This document shows positions 39,277-50,075 of a DNA stretch of 64,000 nt, in pieces; positions within the stretch are counted from its first letter, which is position 1, and the number at the start of each line of letters is the position of its first letter. The notes under the pieces were generated by a model that worked only from the letters and a program-made list of their open reading frames with translations, did not search any database and had not been told where the DNA came from. Made by a program: the position numbers and the translations under genes. This DNA comes from an uncultured delta proteobacterium (GTDB taxonomy: Bacteria > Desulfobacterota > Desulfobacteria > Desulfobacterales > Desulfosalsimonadaceae). The stretch is from the NCBI GenBank assembly GCA_963826785.1, contig CAWGYD010000006.1, positions 1,056,712 to 1,120,711 of the forward strand, given 5' to 3'.

Positions 39277-40668
39277 TCATTCACAAACCAGCAGACTGTT
39301 GATATCCGCCACATCCTTTGGCGAGAGAACCCCCGCGGCCCATTTCAGCTGGGCCCGCGCCAGGATGTGGTCGTAGAGCGACTGATAATAGAGCCGTTGG
39401 ACATCCGTGTAATCCTGGGTGGTGGTCATGAGGTCGATGATGGTCCGGGTTCCGACCTCATACCCTTTGCGGGTGGCGGCAAGGGAGGTCTCGGACGATT
39501 TCAAGGCCTGGGCGGCCGCCTCGAACTGGGCCACGCTGTTTTCCAGGCTGACAAACGCGCTCTCCACGTTCAAGGTCACCTGGTCCTTTAAATCCTGCAG
39601 CAAAAAACGCGCGGCGCTGGCCTGGGCCTTGGCCCTGGCCACCGAGGCGCCGATCTCCCCGCCCAGGTAGATGGGAAGGTTTACCGCCAGGCCCACCTGG
39701 GCTTTTTCGGTTTTCACGCTGGGCATGAAGTCCCCCTTGTTGTAACCGTATCCCGCATTCATATTGAGATCCGGCCACCGTGCCCGGCCGGCGATGCGTA
39801 TCTGCTCTTCGGCGCTCATGAGCTGCTGCCGGGCCTGCATCAGCAGGGGCTGGCGGTTTTCCGCAATGTCCAGCCAGGGTCCGACCCGGTCGGGATCCGG
39901 TCCCCTGGCCGACAGGACGCACACGTCCTTGAGGTCATTGACCGGCTCATGGGTCAGCCGTTCCAGTTCCCGCTGGGAGATCTGGACCCGGTTTTTTGCG
40001 CTGATCAGCGCCGATTCGGCCGCATCATAGCGGGCTTTGGCCTCCTGCAGGGAGATGATGTCCCCGGTCCCCACGTTCAAGGCCGCCTGGGCCTGATCCA
40101 GAATTTCTGACAGCAGCTTCTTCTGGCTTTGGGCCACCCGGAGCCGCGAGTTTGCGTTTAACACGGTGAAGTAGGCCTGCGTCACCTGCAGGGTAAGATC
40201 CTGCTCGGCTGCCATGACCGCGGCCCGGCCCGCCTGGACCAGGTTTTCGGCGGCATTCCAGGCCGACCAGGCCTGCCCGTCCAGCAGGGGCTGGATTAGG
40301 GTCACGCTGTAGCTTCCGCCGGTGTAGGTTTGATCGATGTCCTGGAAGGTGTTGGCCGGAATGGCCGGCCCGCTGAAATCCTTGCCAAACCCCTTGATAT
40401 CGGCGTGATCCCGGCTGATGGCGGCATTGGTGGTCACTTTCGGCATCAGGGCCGCAAGCGCCCGCCGCTTGTCCGCCAGGTCCGAATCCAGCAGGGCCTC
40501 GGCGCGTTTTAACACCGGACTGGTATCTGCCGCCTGCCGGTAGGCGGTAAGCAGATCTTCGGCCCGGCCGCCGCAGGGCACGAACACAAGGGTGAGAATC
40601 AGCAGAATGAAAAACCTCAGCCTTCCCCGTTGGATAATATCAGAGCACCCCCTATGACACGTCGGCAC
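39277..40668 (-). CDS. TolC-family outer-membrane efflux protein
   Basis: AEDLLTAYRQA, QAYFTVL, KGYEVGTRTIIDL. Confidence 0.9.
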   Translation of the reverse strand: MPTCHRGCSDIIQRGRLRFFILLILTLVFVPCGGRAEDLLTAYRQAADTSPVLKRAEALLDSDLADKRRALAALMPKVTTNAAISRDHADIKGFGKDFSGPAIPANTFQDIDQTYTGGSYSVTLIQPLLDGQAWSAWNAAENLVQAGRAAVMAAEQDLTLQVTQAYFTVLNANSRLRVAQSQKKLLSEILDQAQAALNVGTGDIISLQEAKARYDAAESALISAKNRVQISQRELERLTHEPVNDLKDVCVLSARGPDPDRVGPWLDIAENRQPLLMQARQQLMSAEEQIRIAGRARWPDLNMNAGYGYNKGDFMPSVKTEKAQVGLAVNLPIYLGGEIGASVARAKAQASAARFLLQDLKDQVTLNVESAFVSLENSVAQFEAAAQALKSSETSLAATRKGYEVGTRTIIDLMTTTQDYTDVQRLYYQSLYDHILARAQLKWAAGVLSPKDVADINSLLVCE

Positions 40669-40954
40669 TTATACATCCCCCCTCTTTTTTTGGCGATTCG
40701 AATTCCACAAGTGAAATAAATACATTAACACACGCTCACTCGGGGATGCAAATATCAAGTAGGGATACCTTTTACTGCCGACTGCGCATCGGCTCATCAT
40801 TTTACCGGTTTCGTTCGATTGTGAAAACACAGCATCTTGAGCCTTTGCACCCCGCAGGCGGATTTTTTTCGCAGCCCGCTAATTAGATTGACAATTCAGT
40901 CGGAAAACATGGTATAAGCAGATGATAAAAATCGGATTTCAGAGGAGCAGGAAC

Positions 40955-41425
40955 ATGACCCTATATGCCAGAGATATCATGGTGACCCGGTTCAGCACCA
41001 TTCATATGAATGCGCCCATTGAAGCCGCTGTCCGGAGCATTTCCAGCGGGGTCGTCCGGGAAACGGGATACAAAACCATCAGCCTGATGGTCACCGATGA
41101 ATATAGTAAACTATGCGGCGTGATTTCCATGTTCGATATCCTTTACCATCTTCGGCCGGATTTTTTAAATTTCGGCATCGATGGTGAAGAGCTGAAGTGG
41201 GAAGGTCAGTTGAAAGTCCTGATCGACCGGCTCAAAGGGAAAAAAGTGCACGACATCATGAGCCGTCATGTGATCGGCGCCACAGCAGACGATCACATCA
41301 TGGTCGTCCTGGATCGGATGGTCAAAAACAGATACCGTCGGATTCCCGTTCTGAAAAACGATAAACCCATCGGCATCGTATACATCTCGGATATTTTTCA
41401 TCGCCTTTTCTGCCAAGAAGTATAA
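40955..41425 (+). CDS. CBS-domain protein
   Basis: ARDIM...; VHDIM...RRIPV...PIGIV tandem CBS pair; GAGGAG RBS. Confidence 0.88.
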   Translation: MTLYARDIMVTRFSTIHMNAPIEAAVRSISSGVVRETGYKTISLMVTDEYSKLCGVISMFDILYHLRPDFLNFGIDGEELKWEGQLKVLIDRLKGKKVHDIMSRHVIGATADDHIMVVLDRMVKNRYRRIPVLKNDKPIGIVYISDIFHRLFCQEV

Positions 41426-41717
41426 AAAAGGGGAGTGCGCGAGCCTCCGCCATTTTTTTTCCGCTTGTTTCCAACATCTCCATAGCTGCTCATTTTGAAA
41501 ATTTGGGAATTCAAACAACATGTTACTTGCATTCCCGTTTCAGGTGGTATACGCTTGCGACATTTCCATAAAAAGCCTTTCTCGTTGTGAATTATTTTGA
41601 GCGGCTCACTTCGGGAAAGGCTTTTTTGTTTTCTTTCGAAGGTGTCCTGTTGGATCTGCCCGGCTACGGCGGATTTCATTATTAATTTCTGTGTCTCGAC
41701 TGCAGCAAAGGAAAAGA

Positions 41718-43088
41718 ATGAACACATACCGGATTGCACTTGTTGAAGCGGTTTCGGATCTGACCCATGTTTACAGCCGGACCTGTCTGCCCCGCGTCGG
41801 GCTGGCCACCATTGCCGCGGTTCTTCATCGAAACGGCTATTCGTGCGACTTGTGGATAAAGCCCATGACGGATGCGGAGAAGAAGAACCTGGCCAATTAC
41901 GATCTGGTGGGCATCGGTTCGCTGTCCAGTACCATCCGGGAGGCCTATTGCCTGTCGGATGAGTTGAAAAAAACGGGGACCCCTGTGGTGATGGGCGGGC
42001 CCCATGTCTCATTTCTGCCGGAAGAAGCCTTGAATCATTGCGATTACGTGGTCAGGGGAGAAGGGGATGAGACGTTTCTTTCCCTGGTGAAAATACTGGA
42101 ACAGGGGGCGATTCCCAATGGGCTCAAGGGCATTTCCTACAAAAACAAAGACCAGTCCTTTCAGCACAACGAAAAGCATGATGTGGTGGATTTTTCAAAA
42201 GTCCCGTCGCCGGACTTTACCCTCTCCCCCCAGATCGGCACCAAAGACATCCCCCCCATCGTCATTACCTCCAGGGGCTGTCCCCACGACTGCTCATTTT
42301 GCAGCGTGACCCCGATATTCGGGCGAAAATACCGGTTTAAATCCCATGAGCAGGTCATTTCCGAACTGCGGCCGGTTCAGCACAAGAGCGTCTGCTTCGG
42401 CGATGATAATTTCTGCGCCAATCCCAAACGGGCCAAATCGCTGATGCGGGAAATGATCAAAAAAGATGCGGTCCCGCTGCGGTGGTCCGGGCAGGTCTGC
42501 GTGAGCGCCGCCTCCGACAACGAAATGCTGGAACTGATGGAAGAGACCCGGTGCCGGATCGTATACGTGGGCATCGAGTCGGTGGATCCGGAAACGCTCA
42601 AGACCTACGGCAAGGCCCACACGGTGGATGCCGTTAAAAAATGTGTCGAAAATCTTCACAAGCACAACATCGGCATCCATGGCATGTTCGTCGTGGACAG
42701 CGGGGACAGCCCGGATGCGGCGAAAAACATCGTGGATTATGCCATTGAGACGGACATCGACACCATCCAGGTTTTTTCCATCACCCCGTTTCCCGGAACC
42801 CGGGCGTATGAAGAAAACCGGAACATGATCCTTCACGATCACTGGACCCAGTATGATGGCATGCATGTGGTGGTAAAACCGTCAAAATGTTCCGCATATG
42901 ACATGCAGATGTCCATCGTCAACCAGATGAAGCGGTTTTACAGTTTGACGCGGATTCTGACATCTTACCGGAAGAACAGGGGGTGGCGGGTCAAATACCG
43001 GTTCGGCGGCAATCTGCTGGTAAGAAAATGGATACAGGAAAACGCGGATTATATTGAAAGCCTGAAAGCGGTCGGCAGGATAAATTAG
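41718..43088 (+). CDS. B12-binding-domain radical SAM protein
   Basis: VMGGPHVS, GEGDE, TSRGCPHDCSFC, DDNF, GIES, TPFPGT. Confidence 0.92.
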   Translation: MNTYRIALVEAVSDLTHVYSRTCLPRVGLATIAAVLHRNGYSCDLWIKPMTDAEKKNLANYDLVGIGSLSSTIREAYCLSDELKKTGTPVVMGGPHVSFLPEEALNHCDYVVRGEGDETFLSLVKILEQGAIPNGLKGISYKNKDQSFQHNEKHDVVDFSKVPSPDFTLSPQIGTKDIPPIVITSRGCPHDCSFCSVTPIFGRKYRFKSHEQVISELRPVQHKSVCFGDDNFCANPKRAKSLMREMIKKDAVPLRWSGQVCVSAASDNEMLELMEETRCRIVYVGIESVDPETLKTYGKAHTVDAVKKCVENLHKHNIGIHGMFVVDSGDSPDAAKNIVDYAIETDIDTIQVFSITPFPGTRAYEENRNMILHDHWTQYDGMHVVVKPSKCSAYDMQMSIVNQMKRFYSLTRILTSYRKNRGWRVKYRFGGNLLVRKWIQENADYIESLKAVGRIN

Positions 43089-43103
43089 TTCGGCCATTAA
43101 ATC

Positions 43104-43141
43104 AAAAAAGCCGGGTCCGTTTGACGGACCCGGCTTTTTTT
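43104..43141. terminator. Bidirectional intrinsic terminator
   Basis: AAAAAAGCCGGGTCCGT-TTG-ACGGACCCGGCTTTTTTT between convergent genes. Confidence 0.9.
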
Positions 43142-43179
43142 GTGGCTATAGGGGTAAGGGCGGTGCGCGCCTTACAGAT

Positions 43180-45084
43180 TTACGGCCTTGCCTTGGCCAG
43201 GCCGATGGTTTCCAGGGCCGCTTCCATTTCCGTCAGGATTTCCGGATCATCGATGGTGGCGGGAATGTTGAAGTCCCGGTTGTCCGCAATTTTCTGGATG
43301 GTGCCCCGCAGGATCTTTCCGGATCGGGTTTTGGGCAGCCGTTTGACCACCACCGCCATTTTAAAAGCGGCAACCGGTCCGATGCGGTCTCTCACCATGC
43401 GGACGACTTCGGCGACGATTTCGTTGTGGGTGCGCGTCACTCCGGATTTGAGCACCAGAAATCCCACCGGAACCTGACCCTTCAGGGTATCTTCCACCCC
43501 GAGAACAGCGCATTCGGCCACATCCGGGTGGTCGGACAGGACCTCCTCCATGGCGCCGGTGGACAGCCGGTGGCCGGCCACATTGATGATGTCGTCGGTG
43601 CGGGACATGACATAGATGTAATTGTCGGCATCGATCATTCCGGCATCCGCAGTTTTGTAGAACCCGGGAAATTCGGTCAGGTATGTGTCAATGTAGCGCT
43701 GGTCGTTGCCCCAGAGGGTGGGCAGGGTGCCCGGAGGGAGCGGCAGCTTCACGGACAGCGCCCCGATCTCGCCGGCCGGCATGGGCTGGTTGTCGGGATC
43801 GAGCACCTGCACGTCCCATCCGGGAACCGCCTTGGTGGGAGATCCGTATTTCACCGGGAAATGGTGCAGGCCCATGCAGTTGGCGGCAATCGCCCATCCC
43901 GTCTCCGTCTGCCACCAGTGGTCGATCACCGGCACTTTCAGGTTGTTTTCCGACCACTGGATGGTATCCGGGTCGGAGCGCTCCCCGGCCAGAAACAGGA
44001 TCTTGAAATTGGGCAGGTCATAGTTTTTAAGCAGTTCCGCACGGGGATCCTCGCGTTTGATGGCACGGTAGGCGGTGGGCGCGGTGAACATGCATTTCAC
44101 CTTGTGCTGGGAAATCACCCGCCAGAACACGCCCGCATCCGGGGTGCCCACGGGTTTGCCTTCGAACAGAATCGTGGTGCAGCCTTTAAACAGGGGTGCA
44201 TACACGATGTAGGAATGCCCCACCACCCAGCCCACATCCGATGCGGCCCACCATACATCGTCCTCGTCGATATCGTAGACGGCCTTCATGGTCCATTTCA
44301 GGGCCACTGCATGACCGCCGTTGTCCCGCACCACCCCCTTGGGCTGGCCGGTGGTCCCGGAGGTATACAGGATGTAGAGCGGATCCGTGGCTGCCAGGGG
44401 CACGCAGGGGACGGGCTCTGCCTTTTCCATGGCCGCATTCCAGTCGATGTCCCGGCCGGGGGTCAGTTCCGCGGTCTCCTGGGGCCGCTGGAAAATCACG
44501 CAGTGCTCCGGTTTTGATGCACAGACGCGGATGGCTTCATCGAGCAGCGGCTTGTATTTGATGATGCGGCTCCCTTCGATGCCGCAGGAGGCGGTAATAA
44601 TCATTTTCGGATGGGCGTCATCGATGCGGGTGGCCAGTTCCCGGGCCGCAAAACCGCCGAACACCACCGAATGGACGGCGCCGATACGGGCGCAGGCCAG
44701 CATGGCCACGGCCGCCTGGGGGATCATGGGCATGTAGATGATGACCCGGTCTCCCTTGGTCACCCCCTGGGAGACGAGCACGCCGGCAAATTTCGCCACC
44801 GTATCCCGCAACTGCGCATAGGTGTATTTTTCGATGGTCCCGGTGACGGGGCTGTCATAGATGAGGGCGATCCGCTCGCCCCGGCCGCGGTCATCCACGT
44901 GAAAATCGAGGGCGTTGTAGCAGGTGTTGATCTGCCCCCCCACAAACCACCGGTAGAGCGGTTTATGGGTGTCGTCGAGCACTTTGTCCCATTTTTTGTA
45001 CCAGTGGCAGTCTTCGGCCACTTTTCCCCAGAAGCCTTCGGGATCGTTGATGGACTGGCGGTAAACCTCATCGTATTTCGTCAT
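43180..45084 (-). CDS. prpE: Propionyl-CoA synthetase
   Basis: YTSGTTGQPKGVVRDNGGH, DHWWQTETGW, NVAGHRLSTG, LPKTRSGKILR. Confidence 0.88.
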   Translation of the reverse strand: MTKYDEVYRQSINDPEGFWGKVAEDCHWYKKWDKVLDDTHKPLYRWFVGGQINTCYNALDFHVDDRGRGERIALIYDSPVTGTIEKYTYAQLRDTVAKFAGVLVSQGVTKGDRVIIYMPMIPQAAVAMLACARIGAVHSVVFGGFAARELATRIDDAHPKMIITASCGIEGSRIIKYKPLLDEAIRVCASKPEHCVIFQRPQETAELTPGRDIDWNAAMEKAEPVPCVPLAATDPLYILYTSGTTGQPKGVVRDNGGHAVALKWTMKAVYDIDEDDVWWAASDVGWVVGHSYIVYAPLFKGCTTILFEGKPVGTPDAGVFWRVISQHKVKCMFTAPTAYRAIKREDPRAELLKNYDLPNFKILFLAGERSDPDTIQWSENNLKVPVIDHWWQTETGWAIAANCMGLHHFPVKYGSPTKAVPGWDVQVLDPDNQPMPAGEIGALSVKLPLPPGTLPTLWGNDQRYIDTYLTEFPGFYKTADAGMIDADNYIYVMSRTDDIINVAGHRLSTGAMEEVLSDHPDVAECAVLGVEDTLKGQVPVGFLVLKSGVTRTHNEIVAEVVRMVRDRIGPVAAFKMAVVVKRLPKTRSGKILRGTIQKIADNRDFNIPATIDDPEILTEMEAALETIGLAKARP

Positions 45085-45337
45085 TACTGGAAATTCTCCT
45101 CTGCCTGTCTATGTTGCAGTTTCGGGAATGCCGTCGGAATGCCGGCATCCGGTAATGAATGATTGCGGATTTGCGGGTGATCATATTCTGGGAATGAAGA
45201 AGAAAAGGTAGTGGGTGGGTGAAAATCTGGCATATATCCGTATATATCGGAAAAGCGTTTTTGTTTAAAGCCTTATTTCAGGAAAGCATATGATGTTTCT
45301 TTTACAGAACACTGTTTAATACACTCCCGTCATCCTG

Positions 45338-47115
45338 TCAAGAGCGATGCGCTGTCCCTTTTTTACCGGCGGGCCGGGGCCAACTGGCGCCGCCGGCAAT
45401 CAGGCCTTTGAAAAACGCCAGGGCGTTTTGTCCCAGGGACTGGGTCCGGTATCCGCCTTCCTGGATGATCACCAGGGGAAGCCCCATGGCCCCGATGAGT
45501 TTTCCGTTTTCCTCGAAATCCCGGATCCGAAGGGACCAGGTTCCGGTAGGGTCCCCCTTGGCGGGATCCAGCCCCAGGGCCACCACCAGAAACTGGGGGC
45601 TAAATTTTTTAATCCGGCGCAGCGCTTCATTGAGCGCTTTACGGTAGCGCTCGCCGTCGACCTGCTCGGGCAGCGGCAGGTTGAAATTAAACCCCATCCC
45701 CTCACCCTCCCCCTTTTCCTCTTCGAATCCGCTGAAGTACGGGTAGGCAAAGCGCGGGTGGCCGTGGATGGAGACGGTCAGCACGTCGGAGCGGCGGTAG
45801 AAGATGTCCTGCTGACCGTTTCCGTGATGGTAATCCACATCCAGGATGGCCGTTTTTCCGTATGCGCTCAGATACTGCGCGGCAATGGCATTGTTGTTGA
45901 GATAGCAGAATCCGCCGAAGGACCGGCCCTCCGCGTGGTGGCCGGGGGGCGGACCAGCGCGTAGGCGATGCGCCGGCCGTCGATGATCTCCCGGGCCGCG
46001 GTCAGGGAGCAGTCCACGCCGCCCCGGGCCGCCGGGAATGCATTGGCATTGATGGGGGTGAACGTGTCGATGCAGTAATAGCCGGACAGAACCGATGGCT
46101 CCTTCGGCGGCCGGGTCTTGTTCCGGATGGGGAAAATGTAGGGATAGAGGGATTTGCCCGGGGGCACCTGGGCGCAGGCTTTTTTCAGGTAGCTGAAAAA
46201 CTGTCCGTCATGAACCTTCAGGATGGCCGCATCGGGGAACGTCTTTGGGGAGATCCGGTCGAACAGGCCGCTTCTTTCCAGCACGGAAAGGATGCTCCTG
46301 ATGCGCACCGGGGACTCGACATATCCCCGTTCATGCACGTGGTGAATTTCATGGCGGGCGTTGACGATCAGGGCGATGGGTTCGGCCGCGTTTTTCGAAG
46401 GAGCGGAAATGACCACTTCGGGCTTGACGTATACAAATTCCCGCAGCCGGATGGGATCATCGGAAAAGGATGCCACCACCCGGTCCACATATTCCCGGGG
46501 GCAGTATTCGGGATATTTCCGTTCCAGGATGGCCCGGACCACCTTGCGGGCAAAGGCGCGGCGAAGGGGGGTGCCATGGGCGAGTCCGTCATAGACAAGA
46601 TGGGGCATGCAGGTTTCACCGGGATTGACCGGCATTTCAAAACCGGTATTGATCACCGGCCGGGCCCCGTACTGTTCATAGAATTTGAGCCGGGACCTGT
46701 TTTGTTTCAATTTGTCTGTGTCCGGGCAGGCCGCCGGATCATCGGGCAGGCACTCGAAAAAAAGCCCCCTGGCCTTGAAAGCGGCGGCTTCCCGGCGGAC
46801 CCGGTCATAGAGGGCCGCCCCCAGGCCGCCCCGGGGCCGGGCCGAAGCCGTGGCCAGCCAGTCCAGCCAGGCGAACCCGATATCGGGCTCATGGAGCATC
46901 AGGGCAAACCCAGTCACCCTTCTGCGCATGCTTTCCGATACGAACAGGATGCTCTTGAACCGGTGTTTCAAGGGATTGCGCAGCTTTTCCCCCAGCTGCT
47001 CAACCTCTTTTTCCGGCACATCCGGGATGCGCCGGCGCAGAATGTCGGCCACCTGCTTCAACCGTTCCCGGTTGGCGGGAACGACGTCGTCATAGATGCG
47101 GTGGATGCGCAGCAC
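45338..47115 (-). CDS. GNAT acetyltransferase + Zn-dependent deacetylase (HDAC/acetylpolyamine amidohydrolase family) fusion, apparent frameshift at 45944-45949
   Basis: GNAT motif A (RGGLGAALY) in the N-half; ESPVRI, RPP/GHHA split at a 6-base homopolymer, GGFCYLNN, LDVDYHHGNG, GLDPAKGDP, QEGGY. Confidence 0.85.
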
Positions 47116-47251
47116 GAAGATCCTTTAAATTCGGGTGGGCGGCAGCGAAAAAGCCGAGGTCCGGGTGCATTGCCTGGATTATAACCCGGTGGACGGGGAA
47201 GTCAAAGCATAGAATGAAAACGCCGATAGAAGATAGACGGGCAGGAGTCGA

Positions 47252-47674
47252 TCAGAGCACTTGCAGCTGCTGCTGTTTGCGTTCCTGGAAGGTGTTTCCC
47301 ATACGATCCGCCTGGTCGCCGGAGAGCAGCTTGCGGCCGCCCTTGAACAGGTCCTCCTCCTCTTCCTCCAGGTGATGTTCGGTAAATTCCTGAAGAATTT
47401 TCAGCTTCACCGTCCAGCGCTCATTTTCCCGGGGAAAGTCCTTCAGATCGATGAGCATGCGTTCGATCACCCGATGCTCTTCGATGGATTCGAGGGCTTC
47501 TTCCCGCAAATCTTTCTGCTCCGCGAGGGTGTCCAGCAGGATCTTTTCCTCGTTTTCATGGTGCACTCTGAGGTTCTTGTTCAACGACTCGAACTGGCTC
47601 GGATCGGTAATCGATTTTTCAAACAGGTTGCGCAGGGTATCATGATGATCTTCGATGGCTTCGAAAATATTCAT
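47252..47674 (-). CDS. Hemerythrin/HHE cation-binding domain protein
   Basis: DHH, HHENEE, EEH, HHLEEEE motifs. Confidence 0.85.
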   Translation of the reverse strand: MNIFEAIEDHHDTLRNLFEKSITDPSQFESLNKNLRVHHENEEKILLDTLAEQKDLREEALESIEEHRVIERMLIDLKDFPRENERWTVKLKILQEFTEHHLEEEEEDLFKGGRKLLSGDQADRMGNTFQERKQQQLQVL

Positions 47675-47687
47675 GGGATCACCTCGG

Positions 47688-47846
47688 TCAATATTTGGCA
47701 ATGACGTAAACGGCATGGACGATGCCGGGGACATATCCGAAAATGGTGAGCAGGATGTTCAGCCAGAAATGCTTGCCGAACCCCACCTGCAGAAACACGC
47801 CCAGCGGCGGCAGAAGAATGGCGATGATGATTCTCAAGATATCCAT
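47688..47846 (-). CDS. yqaE: YqaE/Pmp3 family small membrane protein
   Basis: 52 aa MDILRIIIAILLPPLGVFLQVGFGKHFWLNILLTIFGYVPGIVHAVYVIAKY; AAGGAG RBS. Confidence 0.92.
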   Translation of the reverse strand: MDILRIIIAILLPPLGVFLQVGFGKHFWLNILLTIFGYVPGIVHAVYVIAKY

Positions 47847-48028
47847 TGAAACGCTCCTTATCCTTTTGCGATAAAGTATAACCGCATCGATCCGGTGTGG
47901 TGAGATACTGTCTTTACTGAGCTCCAGTCTACCGATTTTTCCTGCCGGGAGTAAATACGGTAAACGCTGTATATTTTCCATGACCGCCCCGACTACCTTT
48001 TATCAAGCCCGCTTTTTCTGACGGGGCG

Positions 48029-49126
48029 TTATTTTCGTTTTTGGGTCCAGCAGGTCTGATCTCCGAGGATCCCTTCCACATAAATCATCTGGATGAGGAT
48101 CATGGCGCAGGCCACCAGCGGCATGGCCAGCAGTACCCCCAGGATGCCGATGAGCTCCAGCAATAATGCCTGCACGGCGATGATCAGCATGGGCGGGACG
48201 GTGACGGCCTTTCGATGGATCATGGGCGTGATGAAGAATCCCTCGATGGACTGGATGAAGGTGAAAAACAGGGTCACGTATATCAGCTTGTAGGGATCGT
48301 CCGTCAGGGTCACCAGGGCGGTGAGAAAATAGGCGATGATGGGTCCCAGGTTGGGGACAAAGGTCATGATGGCGGTAAACATGGCCAGGACCACGGAGTA
48401 GGGCACATCCAGGAAATAGAGCCCCAGAAAAACCAGTGATCCCAGGATGGCCATGGAAGTCGCCTGTCCCAACAGCCACCAGCGCAGGATATAGCCCAGG
48501 CGTTCAAGGATCAGCATGGTTCTGGGACGCAGATGAAACGGGACGAGATGGATGATGCCGTTGAAATAGGTTTCTTCTTCAGCGGCAAAGTATACCCCGA
48601 TGATGATGATAAAAATGGTGGCAAAGACCACGCCGATGGTAATAGAGAAAATGCCGGCCACATTCTGAAGCGCATCGATCAGATTGCTTCCGTCCTGGGA
48701 CTGGATCAGGCTTTCGACATCTGTCTTGCCCACCACGGCCCCGCCCCAGCTGAAGCGGAGAAGGAATAAGCGAAGCTGCTTCAAAGCCTCCGGAATATTT
48801 TCCACAAGCGTCATGGCCTGCTCCTCTATGATCGGGACCAGCAGCATGAGAAAAAGTGAAACGGCAAGTATCACCACGAGCATGACGATGACCAGTGAAA
48901 TACTTCCGGGAAGACGGGTGAATCGCGATACCCGGCATTTGAAATAATGCAAAAAGATGCCAAACAGGATCCCGGCAAAGATCAGCAGCAGGATATCCAG
49001 CGCGCGCCAGGCAAACACCAGCAGAATGACCGTGGTCAGCGTCAAGCCCAGGGCGACTGAAACCCGCTGAAAGTAAAATTGGAGAGAAGATGGGCTATCC
49101 GCATGGGTGGGATTGGCGTCTGTCAT
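48029..49126 (-). CDS. AI-2E family transporter (PerM/TqsA-like)
   Basis: Multi-TM; FVPNLGP, QSIEGFFITP, GILGVLLAMP. Confidence 0.88.
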   Translation of the reverse strand: MTDANPTHADSPSSLQFYFQRVSVALGLTLTTVILLVFAWRALDILLLIFAGILFGIFLHYFKCRVSRFTRLPGSISLVIVMLVVILAVSLFLMLLVPIIEEQAMTLVENIPEALKQLRLFLLRFSWGGAVVGKTDVESLIQSQDGSNLIDALQNVAGIFSITIGVVFATIFIIIIGVYFAAEEETYFNGIIHLVPFHLRPRTMLILERLGYILRWWLLGQATSMAILGSLVFLGLYFLDVPYSVVLAMFTAIMTFVPNLGPIIAYFLTALVTLTDDPYKLIYVTLFFTFIQSIEGFFITPMIHRKAVTVPPMLIIAVQALLLELIGILGVLLAMPLVACAMILIQMIYVEGILGDQTCWTQKRK

Positions 49127-49173
49127 GGGGCATCGCTTGCTTGAGTTAAAGGAAGATCGCAAGTGGGGAGATG

Positions 49174-49227
49174 CTCCCGCAGGGAACGCAAAAACTTTGA
49201 GTTTTTTACGTTTCCTCCCTGCGGGAG
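49174..49227. terminator. Intergenic inverted repeat
   Basis: CTCCCGCAGGGA ... TCCCTGCGGGAG (12 bp perfect) with an inner AAAAACT/AGTTTTT stem. Confidence 0.5.
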
Positions 49228-49257
49228 AAATGATTCGTCATTCTTAAATAACGGCGT

Positions 49258-49653
49258 TTAATTTCGCTTGTGTTCTCCGCTGAAGACCTCGATCAACACC
49301 TTGGCGACCTCGCCAATGATCACTGCATATCCGCCGATTCGATCGGCAGTTTCATTAAACCGGACGACGGTGTCTTTAGTGCTGCTGGTGATCAGTTCCA
49401 ATGCCTGTCCCGCCTCTTTGACCGGCGCTTTCATTTCATCGCTCATGAAGAGGATGTTTTCGGAGATATGGGCCAGGTTGGGAATCATTTTATTGAGATG
49501 ATCCTGGTTTTCTTTTAACAGGGAGTTTCCGGTTTTGAGCAGCGTATTGACGTTCTTCATCAGGAGAATGGCATATGCGACCGCGGCCAGAAAGGCGATA
49601 AATAAAATCGCATATCCGATGTCCGCAATAGTGAATGTGATTTGTCCTTCCAT
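49258..49653 (-). CDS. DUF948/YoxC/YtxG-like membrane-anchored coiled-coil protein
   Basis: One N-terminal TM helix then amphipathic helices; adjacent to a YtxH gene; AAGGAG RBS. Confidence 0.6.
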   Translation of the reverse strand: MEGQITFTIADIGYAILFIAFLAAVAYAILLMKNVNTLLKTGNSLLKENQDHLNKMIPNLAHISENILFMSDEMKAPVKEAGQALELITSSTKDTVVRFNETADRIGGYAVIIGEVAKVLIEVFSGEHKRN

Positions 49654-49679
49654 GGCCACTCCTTTATGGGGGTAGAGAT

Positions 49680-50075
49680 TTAATGGGTCTGCCCGTGTTT
49701 GGTGTCTTCATATTCCCGGGCCGCTTCCTTGGCCGCTTCGATGTTCTTGTCGGCCTCTTCCCTCAGCCGCCGGCTTTTTTCATCATAGGCCGCCCGCATC
49801 TCATCCTTTTTTTCCTCCATGGTGTCCATGAGATATTCCTTGTTCCGGGCGATGCTGTCTTTGATTTTCTCCCGGGTATTTTTTCCCGAACCCGGGGCAA
49901 ACAGGATGCCTGCCGCCGCCCCCATCAACGTGCCCAGGGTGATGCCCATGGCCATATTCATGTTGGTCTGCCGCTTGAGTTCATGGGCCCGGCTCGATCT
50001 TGAATCGGACAACCGTTCCGCAATTTCCTTTAATGCAATGGCGTATCCGCCGGCTTTAATGAGATTCAACCACAT
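49680..50075 (-). CDS. YtxH domain protein
   Basis: GTLMGAAAGILFAPGSGKNTREKIKD signature. Confidence 0.85.
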   Translation of the reverse strand: MWLNLIKAGGYAIALKEIAERLSDSRSSRAHELKRQTNMNMAMGITLGTLMGAAAGILFAPGSGKNTREKIKDSIARNKEYLMDTMEEKKDEMRAAYDEKSRRLREEADKNIEAAKEAAREYEDTKHGQTH

